Made by a program: the position numbers and the translations under genes
Origin: Thermoanaerobaculia bacterium
Lineage (GTDB): Bacteria > Acidobacteriota > Thermoanaerobaculia > Multivoradales > Multivoraceae
NCBI GenBank assembly: GCA_963666565.1
Contig: OY762911.1
Span: 3,840,001-3,904,000 of the forward strand
Direction of reading: 5' to 3'
DNA: 64,000 nt
Notes under the pieces: generated by a model
Told to the model about the DNA's origin: nothing
What the model saw: only the letters and a program-made list of their open reading frames with translations
The model's database searches: none
Shown: piece by piece, positions 8,776 through 18,337 of the stretch
Layout of the letters: every line of letters starts with the position of its first letter
Numbering within the stretch: position 1 is the stretch's first letter

Positions 8776-10506
8776 TCACCGCCAGTCGAACTCCGGCGTC
8801 AGCGCGACCTCCCGGTCCCCTCCCGGCAGGTCGGGCAGGCGCAGGCGGTAGTAGTTCAGCGGAATCCCGCCGTACCAGTAGCGGTGCCGCGCGATCCGCG
8901 CCGGCCGCTCGACGACATGGCGCACCGTCCCCGCGTCCGAGCCGCCGGAGACCGGCGCCAGCGTCGCCGTCAGGCGGGCGAGCCGCACCGGCGACCCGAT
9001 CAGGAGTTCGCCGTCGGCCCGCGGCCGGTAACGGATGCCGTCCGGCCCATGCGGCCGGAGACCGGCGCCGATCAGCCGGACGCGCAGGTCGCCGTGCTGG
9101 ATCTCCGTCGGGGCCGATCCGAGGTGAATCTGCGACGTCTCGAGCGGCAGGAGCCCCTTGGCGGCCGCCGAGACGTAGCGCAGGCGCCGGGCCCCGTGGT
9201 CGGGATCGATCTCCAGCGGGAACGAGGCCGCCGTCAGCCACAGGGGCGCCACGAACAGCGTCGCCGCCACCGCCGTCGCCGCCAGCCACCGCCGCGGCGG
9301 CGGCCGCTCGATCAGGAACCAGCAGGCCGGGTAGAGGGGAAGGAACCAGCGGTTCGCGATGGCGCCCGCTCCGCCATAGAAGTTGTAGGGGTTCTTGATC
9401 AGGAAGGCCAGGAGCCCGACGGCGACGCCGGCCAGCAGCCAGCGGCGCCGCGACCCCGGCCGCAGGCAGGCGCAGGCCAGGAGCAACGGAAGGAAGTACG
9501 GAACGACGCCGACGCTCCGCCCGATCAGCGCGTAGACGACGTTGTGGCCGAGCAGGGCGGCGTCCATGTCCGGCAACAGGAAGCCCTCGCGAACCCAGGA
9601 GGCGTCCCCGCCGGCCGCCAGCCGCTCGGGCCAGCGCTCCCGGTCGAAGTCGACGTCCGGATAGCCCGTGGCGCTGCTGAATCCCTGCCGTTCGCTCGCG
9701 TAGGGAGTCCAGGCGCCGCCGCTGGCGCGGTGAAACCAGGCGGAACCGAGCAGCAGCAGGATGGCGGCGGACGCAACGAGGGCCGCGGAGCGGCGTCCCC
9801 AGGCCTCGCGCAAGGTCGGCGTCGCGGCCGCCAGCGCGGCGGCGAGCAGCGCAAGGTAGAACGGCCGGCCGGCGCCGGCGACGGCCAGCAGCGCGCCGCC
9901 GGCCGCCAGGCGCACCGCCGGGAGTTTCCCACCCTCGAACCAGGGGTCCAGGCAGCACAGGCCAAGCGCCGTCACGACCAGGTAGAAGAGGTCCGCGTGG
10001 ATCCAGAAGACGTGGCCGAAAGCGACCGAGAAGAAGAGCAGGAGAGCCGCCACCAGCGGTCCGTCGGCGCCGACCCGCGCGGCCAGCAAGCAGTCGAGCA
10101 GCAGCGCCGCCGCGACGAGCAGCAGCAGATTGGCCAGGATCGGCCCCTGCACGGGCGCCAGGCGGACGAACGGCGCGAGGTAGAGAGAGTAGAAAGCCGG
10201 CTTGGCGTAGACCAGCGTCGCGCCGCCGTCGACGCTCTGCAGGATCAGCGGGTCGGGCACCTTGCCCGTCAACCGCTGGTAGCGCCGGAAGTCGGCCTCC
10301 TCGTAGCGACGGTCGAAGTCGAAGGCCAGGCTCTGGGCCTGCATCGCGTAGACCCCCTCGTCGCCGACCGTGTACGGCCAGTCGGACGGGTCGAAGACGG
10401 CCGCGCCGACGGCCAGGGCGAGCAGTAGCGCCCAGAGCGCGCCCCGCTGCCAGGTCGGCGTTCCAAGACACCGCCACGCCTGCCCGCTGCCGGAGGGTTC
10501 CTCCAT
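8776..10506 (-). CDS. Polytopic membrane protein, probable GT-C-fold glycosyltransferase
   Basis: First TM followed by a GDEGVY loop (DE motif typical of GT-C enzymes); about 10 TM segments; NRWFLPLYP motif; soluble C-terminus. Confidence 0.6.
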   Translation of the reverse strand: MEEPSGSGQAWRCLGTPTWQRGALWALLLALAVGAAVFDPSDWPYTVGDEGVYAMQAQSLAFDFDRRYEEADFRRYQRLTGKVPDPLILQSVDGGATLVYAKPAFYSLYLAPFVRLAPVQGPILANLLLLVAAALLLDCLLAARVGADGPLVAALLLFFSVAFGHVFWIHADLFYLVVTALGLCCLDPWFEGGKLPAVRLAAGGALLAVAGAGRPFYLALLAAALAAATPTLREAWGRRSAALVASAAILLLLGSAWFHRASGGAWTPYASERQGFSSATGYPDVDFDRERWPERLAAGGDASWVREGFLLPDMDAALLGHNVVYALIGRSVGVVPYFLPLLLACACLRPGSRRRWLLAGVAVGLLAFLIKNPYNFYGGAGAIANRWFLPLYPACWFLIERPPPRRWLAATAVAATLFVAPLWLTAASFPLEIDPDHGARRLRYVSAAAKGLLPLETSQIHLGSAPTEIQHGDLRVRLIGAGLRPHGPDGIRYRPRADGELLIGSPVRLARLTATLAPVSGGSDAGTVRHVVERPARIARHRYWYGGIPLNYYRLRLPDLPGGDREVALTPEFDWR

Positions 10507-10736
10507 ACCCGCCGGGACGCTAGCACCGGGGCGCTCCAGCGCTGGACCGGAGAATCCGGTCGCCCCCGCGGCGCGGAGGGGCCCCGGGGCGGTTCGCCTC
10601 TTGATCTGACGAAAGCACGACGGCGCCGTGACGGCGGCATTGCGAACAACGCATGGCGCTGCTCCGAACGCCTACCGATCGGCGAGTGTTGTACTCTCCG
10701 GACCGGTCGACCTACCACCATGAAGGGAGCCGTTTC

Positions 10737-13436
10737 ATGAAGAAGCTCGAAGTCGCGCCCCGTCGCCTGACGCACCTGCTGGTCCTGTTCCTGACTCTCG
10801 GTCTGGCGGTTCCGGTCCTGGCTCAGGAAGGCGACAACCAGGACGAAGCCGAGGCCGAGGAAACCACGGAGTTCGAAGAGACGATCGTCGTCGTCGGCAC
10901 CCGAACGGAGGGACGGACGGTCACCGCATCCCCCGTGCCGGTCGACGTCATTCCCGAGACCGAGCTGGTCAGCCAGGGCGCCAACGACCTGACGGACCGG
11001 ATCCGCAAGGTCGTCCCGTCCTACAACGTCGGCATGCAGCCGATCAGCGACGCGGCCACCCTGGTTCGCCCGGCCAACCTCCGCGGTCTGGCGCCGGACC
11101 ACACCCTGATCCTGGTCAACGGCAAACGCCGTCACCGCGCCGCGGTCATCGCCTGGCTGGGGAACGGCATCTCGGACGGCTCCCAGGGGCCGGACATCTC
11201 CGTCATCCCGTCCATCGCCCTGCGCCAGGTCGAGGTCCTGCGCGACGGCGCCTCGGCGCAGTACGGCTCCGACGCGATCGCCGGCGTCATCAACTTCCAG
11301 CTCAAGGACGCGAGTTCGGGCGGCAGCATCGAAGTCCGCTCGGGCCAGTTCGCGGACGCGAACCCGGGGTCCAGTTCCGGCTTCGGCGGGCAGTACACGT
11401 TCGCCGGCGAGAACGGCCTCTCCTACGCCGTAGCCGCCAACCTCGGCATGCCGATGGGCGACAACGGCTTCTTCAACCTGAGCCTGGAGTACGGCGCCGC
11501 CGACCCGACGAGCCGCAGCGTTCAGCGGAACGACGCGATCGCCATCATCAACACCGGCAACAGCCACATCCGCAATCCGGCCCAGGTTTGGGGCTCGCCG
11601 CTGGTCGAGGACGACATCAAGCTCTTCGCCAACTTCGGCAGCCTGTTCGACAACGGCGTCCAGTTCTACGGCCACGCGAACTACGCCACGCGGACGACGA
11701 CCGGCGGCTTCTACTTCCGCAATCCGAACACGCGGACCGGCGTCTTCACCTACTCGGACACGGCGAGGCGGGGCAAGTTCCTGCTCGTCGGCGACCGCGA
11801 ATGGGCCGCGACCGGCGTCGAGGGCGCCGGCAACTGCCCCGCCGTCCCGGTCGTCGATCACGTGCCCGACGCGGCCGCGCTGGCGGCCGTCGAAGCGGAC
11901 CCGAACTGCTTCACGCTGCGGACCCGCTTCCCCGGCGGCTTCACGCCGCAGTTCGGCGGCGACCTGACCGACTCCTCGATCATCGCCGGCCTCCGCGGCT
12001 ACCTCGACAGCGGCATGACCTGGGATCTCAGCGTCAACGTCGGCAACAGCGAGGTCGACCAGTTCATCTACAACACGGTGAACGCCTCGCTCGGCTACGA
12101 CACGCCGACCTCGTTCAGCCCCGGCATCTACGAGCAGACGGACACGAACGTCAACTTCGACATCACCTACCCGGTGCGCGACAACGTCAGCCTCGCCGCC
12201 GGCGTGGAGTGGCGGAACGAGCAGTTCCGGATCGGCGCCGGCGACCCGGCTTCCTGGGAGATCGGCCCCTACGCCGCCCAGGGCTTCAGCTCCGGATCCA
12301 ACGGCTTCAACGGCTACCGCGCCGACGTGACGGCCGGCACCTGGGACCGCGCCAACGTCGCGGTCTACGGCGACGTCGAGTTCGAGGACCCGGACGAGAT
12401 GTGGACCGTAACCACGGCGCTCCGCATCGAGGACTTCGACGGCTTCGGCAACACGACGAACGCGAAGGTCTCGGGGCGCCGCGTCGTATCCGACGCGGTC
12501 TCGCTGCGCGCCGCCGTCAGCACCGGCTTCCGCGCGCCGACGCCCGGTCAGCAGAACGCGTTCAACGTGACGACGGCCTTCGATCCCGAGACCGGCGGCC
12601 TGTCCAACAGCGGCACCGTTCCCTCCAACTCCGCGCCCGCGGCGCTGCGGGGCGGCGAGGATCTCCAGCCCGAAGAGGCCGTCAACTTCTCGGCCGGCCT
12701 GATCGTCGACAAGGGCGACTTCACCCTGACGGCGGACGTCTTCCACATCGACGTCGACGACCGGCTCGCGATTTCGGAGACCTTCCGGCAGTGCGCCCTC
12801 ATCCAGGAACCGAACTGCGTGACGGACGACGAGATCGAGCAGTTGCTCTCCGGTGGCTTCGTCGAGGCGCGGAACCTGAAGAACTTCCGGTTCTTCGTCA
12901 ACGACTTCGCCACCCAGACGCAGGGCCTGGACGTGGTCGGCACCTGGACGCCGGCGGAGCTCGGCGGCGACACGAGCTTCAGCCTCGTGTTCAACTACAC
13001 GAAGACGGAGGTCACGGACCACAATCCAGACACCGTCGGCCCCTTCCGCATCGCCACGATCGAGAAGGGACTGCCGGAGTTCCGCTGGAACCTGGCGATG
13101 AACCACGACGCCCGAAGCTGGAACCTGATGACCCGTCTGAACTACTTCGACGGCTGGTGGGACAGCGAGGACGCGCAGAACTTCCTCGGCCGGAACAACG
13201 CGCCGATGTACTCGGACTACAACGGCGAGTTCCTGCTCGACGTCGAGGTCGGCATTCCGCTGCCGAACAACACGTCGATCGCCATCGGCGTCCAGAACCT
13301 GCTGAACACCTACCCGGAAGAGAACCCCGGCGCCGCCGACGCAGTCGGCAACCGGTACGGCCAGTTCTCGCCGTTCGGCTTCAACGGGTCCTACTACTAC
13401 GTCCGGTTCAACTACGCCTGGGGCCAGAACTTCTAG
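10737..13436 (+). CDS. TonB-dependent outer membrane receptor
   Basis: Signal peptide, TonB box ETIVVVGTR, plug motifs NLRGL...TLILVNGKRRH and EVLRDGASAQYGSDAIAGVINF, terminal Phe. Confidence 0.95.
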   Translation: MKKLEVAPRRLTHLLVLFLTLGLAVPVLAQEGDNQDEAEAEETTEFEETIVVVGTRTEGRTVTASPVPVDVIPETELVSQGANDLTDRIRKVVPSYNVGMQPISDAATLVRPANLRGLAPDHTLILVNGKRRHRAAVIAWLGNGISDGSQGPDISVIPSIALRQVEVLRDGASAQYGSDAIAGVINFQLKDASSGGSIEVRSGQFADANPGSSSGFGGQYTFAGENGLSYAVAANLGMPMGDNGFFNLSLEYGAADPTSRSVQRNDAIAIINTGNSHIRNPAQVWGSPLVEDDIKLFANFGSLFDNGVQFYGHANYATRTTTGGFYFRNPNTRTGVFTYSDTARRGKFLLVGDREWAATGVEGAGNCPAVPVVDHVPDAAALAAVEADPNCFTLRTRFPGGFTPQFGGDLTDSSIIAGLRGYLDSGMTWDLSVNVGNSEVDQFIYNTVNASLGYDTPTSFSPGIYEQTDTNVNFDITYPVRDNVSLAAGVEWRNEQFRIGAGDPASWEIGPYAAQGFSSGSNGFNGYRADVTAGTWDRANVAVYGDVEFEDPDEMWTVTTALRIEDFDGFGNTTNAKVSGRRVVSDAVSLRAAVSTGFRAPTPGQQNAFNVTTAFDPETGGLSNSGTVPSNSAPAALRGGEDLQPEEAVNFSAGLIVDKGDFTLTADVFHIDVDDRLAISETFRQCALIQEPNCVTDDEIEQLLSGGFVEARNLKNFRFFVNDFATQTQGLDVVGTWTPAELGGDTSFSLVFNYTKTEVTDHNPDTVGPFRIATIEKGLPEFRWNLAMNHDARSWNLMTRLNYFDGWWDSEDAQNFLGRNNAPMYSDYNGEFLLDVEVGIPLPNNTSIAIGVQNLLNTYPEENPGAADAVGNRYGQFSPFGFNGSYYYVRFNYAWGQNF

Positions 13437-13465
13437 GAGTCAGGGCATCGACGCGGTCGCCGGCC

Positions 13466-13588
13466 GGGTGCGCGGGTCTTCCGACCCGCACCGTGCTGGG
13501 TGCGCGGGTCTTCCGACCCGCTCCGTGGCGGGTGCGCGGGTCCTCTGATCCGCACCGTGCTGGGTGCGCGGGTCTTCCGACCCGCACC
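13466..13588 (+). repeat. Tandem array of four REP-like palindromes (32-bp period)
   Basis: GGGTGCGCGGGTCTTCCGACCCGC starting at 13466, 13498, 13530 (variant) and 13562; hairpin GCGGGTC-TTCC-GACCCGC; between convergent genes. Confidence 0.9.
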
Positions 13589-13620
13589 CGGCGAAGCCGG
13601 CCAGTAAACCGCGCCGGCCG

Positions 13621-15402
13621 TCAGGCCGGCGTCCCTCTCTCCAGGCTCTGCAGCAACCAGTACCGCCGGTACAACTCGTTCGCCTCGTACAGCTCCTCGT
13701 GGCTGCCGGCGGCCACCAGCCGGCCCCGGTCGAGCACATGGATGCGCCGGGCCCGGCGCGCGGTGGCCAGGCGGTGGGCGATGACGATCGTCGTCCGGCC
13801 CTCGAGCAACTGCTCGATCGCCCGCTGGACAGTCGCCTCCGAGTCCGGGTCGAGGGCGCTCGTCGCCTCGTCGAGAAGCAGGATCCGCGGGTCGCGCAGG
13901 AACGCCCGCGCGATCGCGATCCGCTGGCGCTGACCCGCCGAGAGCCGCACGCCGCGCTCGCCCACTTCCGTGGCGAACCCCGCGTCCAGGCGTTCGATGA
14001 ACGAGACCGCGCCCGCCGCTTCCGCGGCCGCCCGGACCTCGTCGTCCCCGGCGCCGGGCCGGGCGAGGCGGATGTTCTCCGCCACCGAACCCGAGAACAG
14101 GAAGATGTCCTGCGGCACCAGCGCGATCCGGCGCCGCAGATCGGCCAGCGCGACGTCCGCCAGAGGCCGGCCGTCGATGAGCAGTTCGCCGTTCTGGGGC
14201 TCGTAGAACCGGAGCAGGAGCGAGAAGAGAGTGCTCTTGCCGGATCCGCTCGGCCCGACGAGCGCGGCCAACTCGCCCGGCGCCACCTCCAGCGACACCT
14301 CGGCCAGCGCGGGCTGCTCGGCGCCCTCGTACCGGAAGCCGACCGCACGGGCGCTGATCCGGGCCGCGTCCCCGGCCAGGCGCACCGGCGACGGCGGATC
14401 GGCGATCGCCGACCCCTCGTCGAGCAGTTGAAAGACCCGCTCGCTCGATCCCCGAAGTCTGCGATAGCCGGCATAGAGAGCGCCCAACTGCCCGACCGAA
14501 GTCGCGATCGCGAACGTGTAGAGCAGGAAGGAGGTCAACTGGCCGGCCGTCAACGCCCCCTCGAGCATGAGGCGCCCGCCGAACCCGAGCACGAGGGCAA
14601 AGGAGGTGAAGCCGACGAAGGTCATCAGCCCCCCGAAGGCCCCGTACAGGCGCACGTTGCGGAGCTGGACGGCAAGTAAATCGACCAGTCGCTCGCGGTA
14701 GCGGCCACGCGCCCGGTTCTCGGCGGAGAACGCCTGCAGGGTGCGGACGCCGGAGAGGGCTTCTTCGGCCCAGGCGGACGTCTCGGCCACCGCGTCGCGC
14801 TCCTCGACCGCGACCCGTTCCAGCCGCCGGCCGAAGACGAGCGCGAACACCACGACGGGTGGAACGATCAGCAGGGCCACCACGGTCAACCGGGTCTGGA
14901 GAACGAGCAGGATGACCAGAACGCCGACGAACCGCACGGCAGCCTGAAGCCCGGAGGGAATCTGCTCGGTCAGAGCCGTCTGCACCACGGTCAGGTCCGA
15001 TCCCATCCGGGAGAGCAGCTCGCCCACGCGACGCCGGTCGAAGAAGTCGATGGACAGGCCGACCAGGTGGCCGAAGAGCCGCCGCCGCAGATCGCGCAGC
15101 AGCCGCGCGCCGGCGGCGCCGAGCAGCCAGGTCTGGAAGTAGCCGAGGACGCCCAGAACCGCGAACAGGGCGATCAACCCGACCACGAGTTCGTCCAGCT
15201 CCCGTACGGACCGGGAAGCCATGGCGGTGTCGACGAACTCCCCCACCCGCATCGGCACCACCAGAAAGACCCCGCTGCCCGCGAGCAGCAGGACTGTCCC
15301 GAGGACAAGCTGCGGCAGGTAGGGCCGGGCCAGTCCGAACAGCCGGCGGAACGAAACCGGCGCTGCGGACCGCTCGTCCGCCTCGCGACTCTTTGCCGTC
15401 AC
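13621..15402 (-). CDS. ABC exporter, fused TMD+NBD (MsbA-like)
   Basis: Six-TM domain, GPSGSGKST, LSAGQRQR, LLDEATSALD, IAHRL. Confidence 0.93.
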   Translation of the reverse strand: MTAKSREADERSAAPVSFRRLFGLARPYLPQLVLGTVLLLAGSGVFLVVPMRVGEFVDTAMASRSVRELDELVVGLIALFAVLGVLGYFQTWLLGAAGARLLRDLRRRLFGHLVGLSIDFFDRRRVGELLSRMGSDLTVVQTALTEQIPSGLQAAVRFVGVLVILLVLQTRLTVVALLIVPPVVVFALVFGRRLERVAVEERDAVAETSAWAEEALSGVRTLQAFSAENRARGRYRERLVDLLAVQLRNVRLYGAFGGLMTFVGFTSFALVLGFGGRLMLEGALTAGQLTSFLLYTFAIATSVGQLGALYAGYRRLRGSSERVFQLLDEGSAIADPPSPVRLAGDAARISARAVGFRYEGAEQPALAEVSLEVAPGELAALVGPSGSGKSTLFSLLLRFYEPQNGELLIDGRPLADVALADLRRRIALVPQDIFLFSGSVAENIRLARPGAGDDEVRAAAEAAGAVSFIERLDAGFATEVGERGVRLSAGQRQRIAIARAFLRDPRILLLDEATSALDPDSEATVQRAIEQLLEGRTTIVIAHRLATARRARRIHVLDRGRLVAAGSHEELYEANELYRRYWLLQSLERGTPA

Positions 15403-16871
15403 CTGCCGACCGTCAGCGTGACGACGAGTTCGGGCCGCTCGGCGTCCGCGACGATCTCGTCGAAGACGCCGGCGTCCATCGACAGCGGAATCTCGAACGC
15501 CACCGAGCCGTGTTCGACCTGTTCGGGAATGTTGCGGCCCACCCGGCCCGCGAGGTCGCCCGAAGCGACCGCGTCGCCGCCGTCCGGCTGGCCGCCCCGG
15601 TGGAGTTCGACGCCGACGTTCACCCGCCGCAGCGCCCGGCCGGTCTGAAGCGCCAGTTCCGCGCGCAGTTCCACCCGGCCGCGGCGTACGCGGCGTTCCA
15701 CCTGCAGGCGCTCGATCGTCACCCCCTCGCAGAGGTACGGCGCGGTGTCGCGCGTGATCCAGGCGTACCCCGCGGGAAGCGACTCGACCGGCCCGAGCGG
15801 CAGCCGCAGCACCATCGGCGACGCCATCGCGATCCGTTCGATCACCGCCGCGTCGTCGGCACGCGCGGAGCCGGGCGTCACCTCGCCCGCGGCGGGCGCC
15901 GGTTCGGGCACGGATACAGCCCGTGCGGACGGTTCAGGCGCGGACGGCTGGGGCTCAACCACCGTCTCGACCGGCACCTCCGCGGGTTCAGCCGCGCGCG
16001 CAACCCGTGCGGGAGCAGCCGGCGTGGCCAGCGCGGGCTTCACGGGCTCGGCCGGCGCCTCGAACGGCGCCTCCGCCGGCGCAGGCGGTTCAGCCTCGGC
16101 CAGCGTCTCGACGGCCGACTCGTCCGGCGCAGGCGGTCTGGAGACCGTTTCGACCGGCTCAGCCGGGCGCGGCGCCGGGCGGCCGGCGGGGACGTAATGC
16201 CCCTCGAAGAACACCGTCGAGGGACGATCGCCGGGTCCGGCCCGCCGGGACGTGCCCGCGATCCGGGCGATCCGCCCGTCCGCCTCCCGGTTCAGCCGTT
16301 CCCGCCAGTTCGCGCTCCGTCCGTCCGCGGAGACGCGCTCGCCGTCGAATGCGAGCCCGTCGCCGTCGACGGCGCCTTGCGAGCGCACGATCGAGCCGCC
16401 GGACGAGACGCTGAATCGCCGCCATGCGTCCTCGGCGGCGTCGAACGAACTGAACGTCCGCCCCGACCTGCCGTCGGCGAAGGACCAGGTTTCCGCGATC
16501 AGGCAGCCGTCCTCCAGCTTCTCCACCCGGCTGCGGCCGACGACCTCGCCACCCGACTCCAGCCGCCATTCGCCGAGCAGGAAGTCCAGCGCCCGCCGCT
16601 CTTCGCTCGACTCGCACCCTTCCGACTCCTGCGCCGCCAGGGGCAGAGCCGCCGCCAGACCGGAACCGCACAGCACCACGAACGCCAGCGGCCAACCTGC
16701 ACGGAGCTGACCGGCGGCCCTGGCCTTCCGCTGGGTGCGCGGGTCTTCCGACCCGCTGCCGCCGAAGGCGGCCTCTTCATCCGGGCTGCACCGCTTCGCG
16801 GCGCCGCCCGTGGGCGGACCGGAAGACCCGCACACCCAGCGGGCAGCCCGCTTCACGCAAACCCGTTCCAT
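15399..16871 (-). CDS. Secreted two-domain protein (DUF1579-like N-domain, Pro/Ala/Glu linker, unknown C-domain) with in-frame REP doublet at the N-terminus
   Basis: ATG 8 nt after the NCS2 stop; hydrophobic signal ending LAA-Q; RRALDFLLGEWR motif; stop overlaps the ABC exporter start; start site uncertain. Confidence 0.65.
   Translation of the reverse strand: MERVCVKRAARWVCGSSGPPTGGAAKRCSPDEEAAFGGSGSEDPRTQRKARAAGQLRAGWPLAFVVLCGSGLAAALPLAAQESEGCESSEERRALDFLLGEWRLESGGEVVGRSRVEKLEDGCLIAETWSFADGRSGRTFSSFDAAEDAWRRFSVSSGGSIVRSQGAVDGDGLAFDGERVSADGRSANWRERLNREADGRIARIAGTSRRAGPGDRPSTVFFEGHYVPAGRPAPRPAEPVETVSRPPAPDESAVETLAEAEPPAPAEAPFEAPAEPVKPALATPAAPARVARAAEPAEVPVETVVEPQPSAPEPSARAVSVPEPAPAAGEVTPGSARADDAAVIERIAMASPMVLRLPLGPVESLPAGYAWITRDTAPYLCEGVTIERLQVERRVRRGRVELRAELALQTGRALRRVNVGVELHRGGQPDGGDAVASGDLAGRVGRNIPEQVEHGSVAFEIPLSMDAGVFDEIVADAERPELVVTLTVGR
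16728..16842. mobile_element. REPIN-like element (inverted REP doublet)
   Basis: REP forward 16733-16756 and inverted 16814-16837, flanked by CCGCT/AGCGG; spacer homologous to the 45752-45889 element. Confidence 0.75.
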
Positions 16872-16878
16872 GCCGTTC

Positions 16879-18174
16879 TCAGGCGCCCAGGAAGACGATC
16901 TTGAGCACGAACACCGCCGCCAGCACCGCAACCGCCGGTCGCAACTCGCCGAATCGGCCGGCCAGCAGCTTGATCGCCGTGTAGGCGATGAACCCTGCCG
17001 CGATGCCATGGGCGATCGAGTAGCTGAACGGGATGGTGACCGCCAGCACCACGGCCGGCACGTACTCCGTCGCGTCGCTCCAGTCGATCTCGGTCACCGC
17101 GCGCACCATCACGCTGGCGACGAAGAGCAAGGCCGCCGCGGTGGCGAAGGGAGGAATCGTCGCCGCCAGCGGTGACAGGAAGAGAGTGAGCAGGAACAGG
17201 ACGGCGACCGTGACCGCGGTCAACCCGGTCCGGCCGCCAGCCTTCACGCCCGCCCCGCTCTCGATGTAGCTCGTGACCGAAGACGTGCCCAGCACCGCGC
17301 CGAGCGCCGAAGCGCCGGAGTCCACGATCACCGCCTGCTTCAACCGCGGCAGGTTCCCCTCACCGTCGAGCAGGTCGCCTTCCTTGGCGACAGCGATCAG
17401 TGTGCCCGAGGTGTCGAAGAGGTCCGTGAACAGGAAGGCGAAGATGACGCCGAACAGGGTCGCGTCGAACGCGGCGCCGATGTCCAACTGGCCGAACGTC
17501 GGCGCCAGCGAGGGGACCGCCGACACGGCGCCCTGCCAGGTCGCCTCGCCGGCCAGGAGGCCCACCGCGGTTACGGCGAGGATGCCGATCAGCACCGCGC
17601 CGCGCCACCCGCGCGCATCGAGGGCGGCGATCAGCGCCAGGCCCGCGACCGCGAGGACGGCGCTCCAGGACGTGACGTCGCCGAGCCCCACGAGCGTGGC
17701 CTCGTCCGCGACGACCAGGCCGGCGTTCGTCATCGCGATGATCGCCAGGAAGAACCCGATGCCCGCCGCCGTCGCCATCTTGAGCGAGCGCGGGAACGCA
17801 TCGACGATCCAGGTCCTGATCGGCAGCACGGAGATCAGGACGAAGCAGACGCCGGAGATGAACAGTGCCCCAAGCGCGACCTGCCAGTCGTGCCCCATCC
17901 CGAGCACGACGCCGTAGGTGAAGAAGGCGTTGATTCCCATGCCCGGCGCTAGAGCGATCGGGTAGTTCGCGTAGAGCCCCATCGCGGCGCAGGCGATCGC
18001 CGTCGCAAGGCAGGTAGCGACGAAGACGGCCCCCCGGTCCATCCCCGCCTCGCTCAGGATCTGCGGGTTGACGACCGCGATGTACGCCATCGTCAGGTAG
18101 GTCGCGGCGCCGGCCGCGATCTCGCGGCGGGCCGTGGTCCGGTTCGCTTCGAGTTGGAAGATGCGGTTCAGCAA
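16879..18174 (-). CDS. NCS2/AzgA-family purine permease
   Basis: TYLTMAYIAVVNPQIL, NYPIALAPGMGINAFF, DLFDTSGTL, YIESGAGVKAGGRTGLTA; SD GGAGG before TTG. Confidence 0.93.
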   Translation of the reverse strand: MLNRIFQLEANRTTARREIAAGAATYLTMAYIAVVNPQILSEAGMDRGAVFVATCLATAIACAAMGLYANYPIALAPGMGINAFFTYGVVLGMGHDWQVALGALFISGVCFVLISVLPIRTWIVDAFPRSLKMATAAGIGFFLAIIAMTNAGLVVADEATLVGLGDVTSWSAVLAVAGLALIAALDARGWRGAVLIGILAVTAVGLLAGEATWQGAVSAVPSLAPTFGQLDIGAAFDATLFGVIFAFLFTDLFDTSGTLIAVAKEGDLLDGEGNLPRLKQAVIVDSGASALGAVLGTSSVTSYIESGAGVKAGGRTGLTAVTVAVLFLLTLFLSPLAATIPPFATAAALLFVASVMVRAVTEIDWSDATEYVPAVVLAVTIPFSYSIAHGIAAGFIAYTAIKLLAGRFGELRPAVAVLAAVFVLKIVFLGA

Positions 18175-18337
18175 GGCGCCTCCGTCCGGCCGGCAGCGAA
18201 CGCCATCGGCCCATCGCCCCGCATCCTAGCCGCTGGAAGCGCCGGCACAGAGTTCTCGGGGCCGAAATCCGTCTTGGTCCTGTAGAGCCCCGGAAACCGT
18301 CCGGGCGACGAAGGACCATGCAACGGGAGTACGAGCC

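Noticed and set aside
10507-10736. Riboswitch upstream of the TonB-dependent receptor
   Set aside because: No recognisable cobalamin, TPP or other aptamer consensus by eye; an Rfam scan would be decisive
10269-13106. 945-aa minus-strand ORF and similar long shadows (e.g. 49897-52218, 48800-51892, 55275-57155)
   Set aside because: Antisense or off-frame to well-supported genes; low-information translations
13466-13588. CRISPR-like array of four palindromic repeats
   Set aside because: Inter-repeat segments are only about 8 nt and nearly identical, there are no cas genes, and the same unit is dispersed elsewhere as a REP
18175-18337. Purine riboswitch upstream of the NCS2 permease
   Set aside because: No purine aptamer core motifs seen; the region is short and shared with a divergent gene
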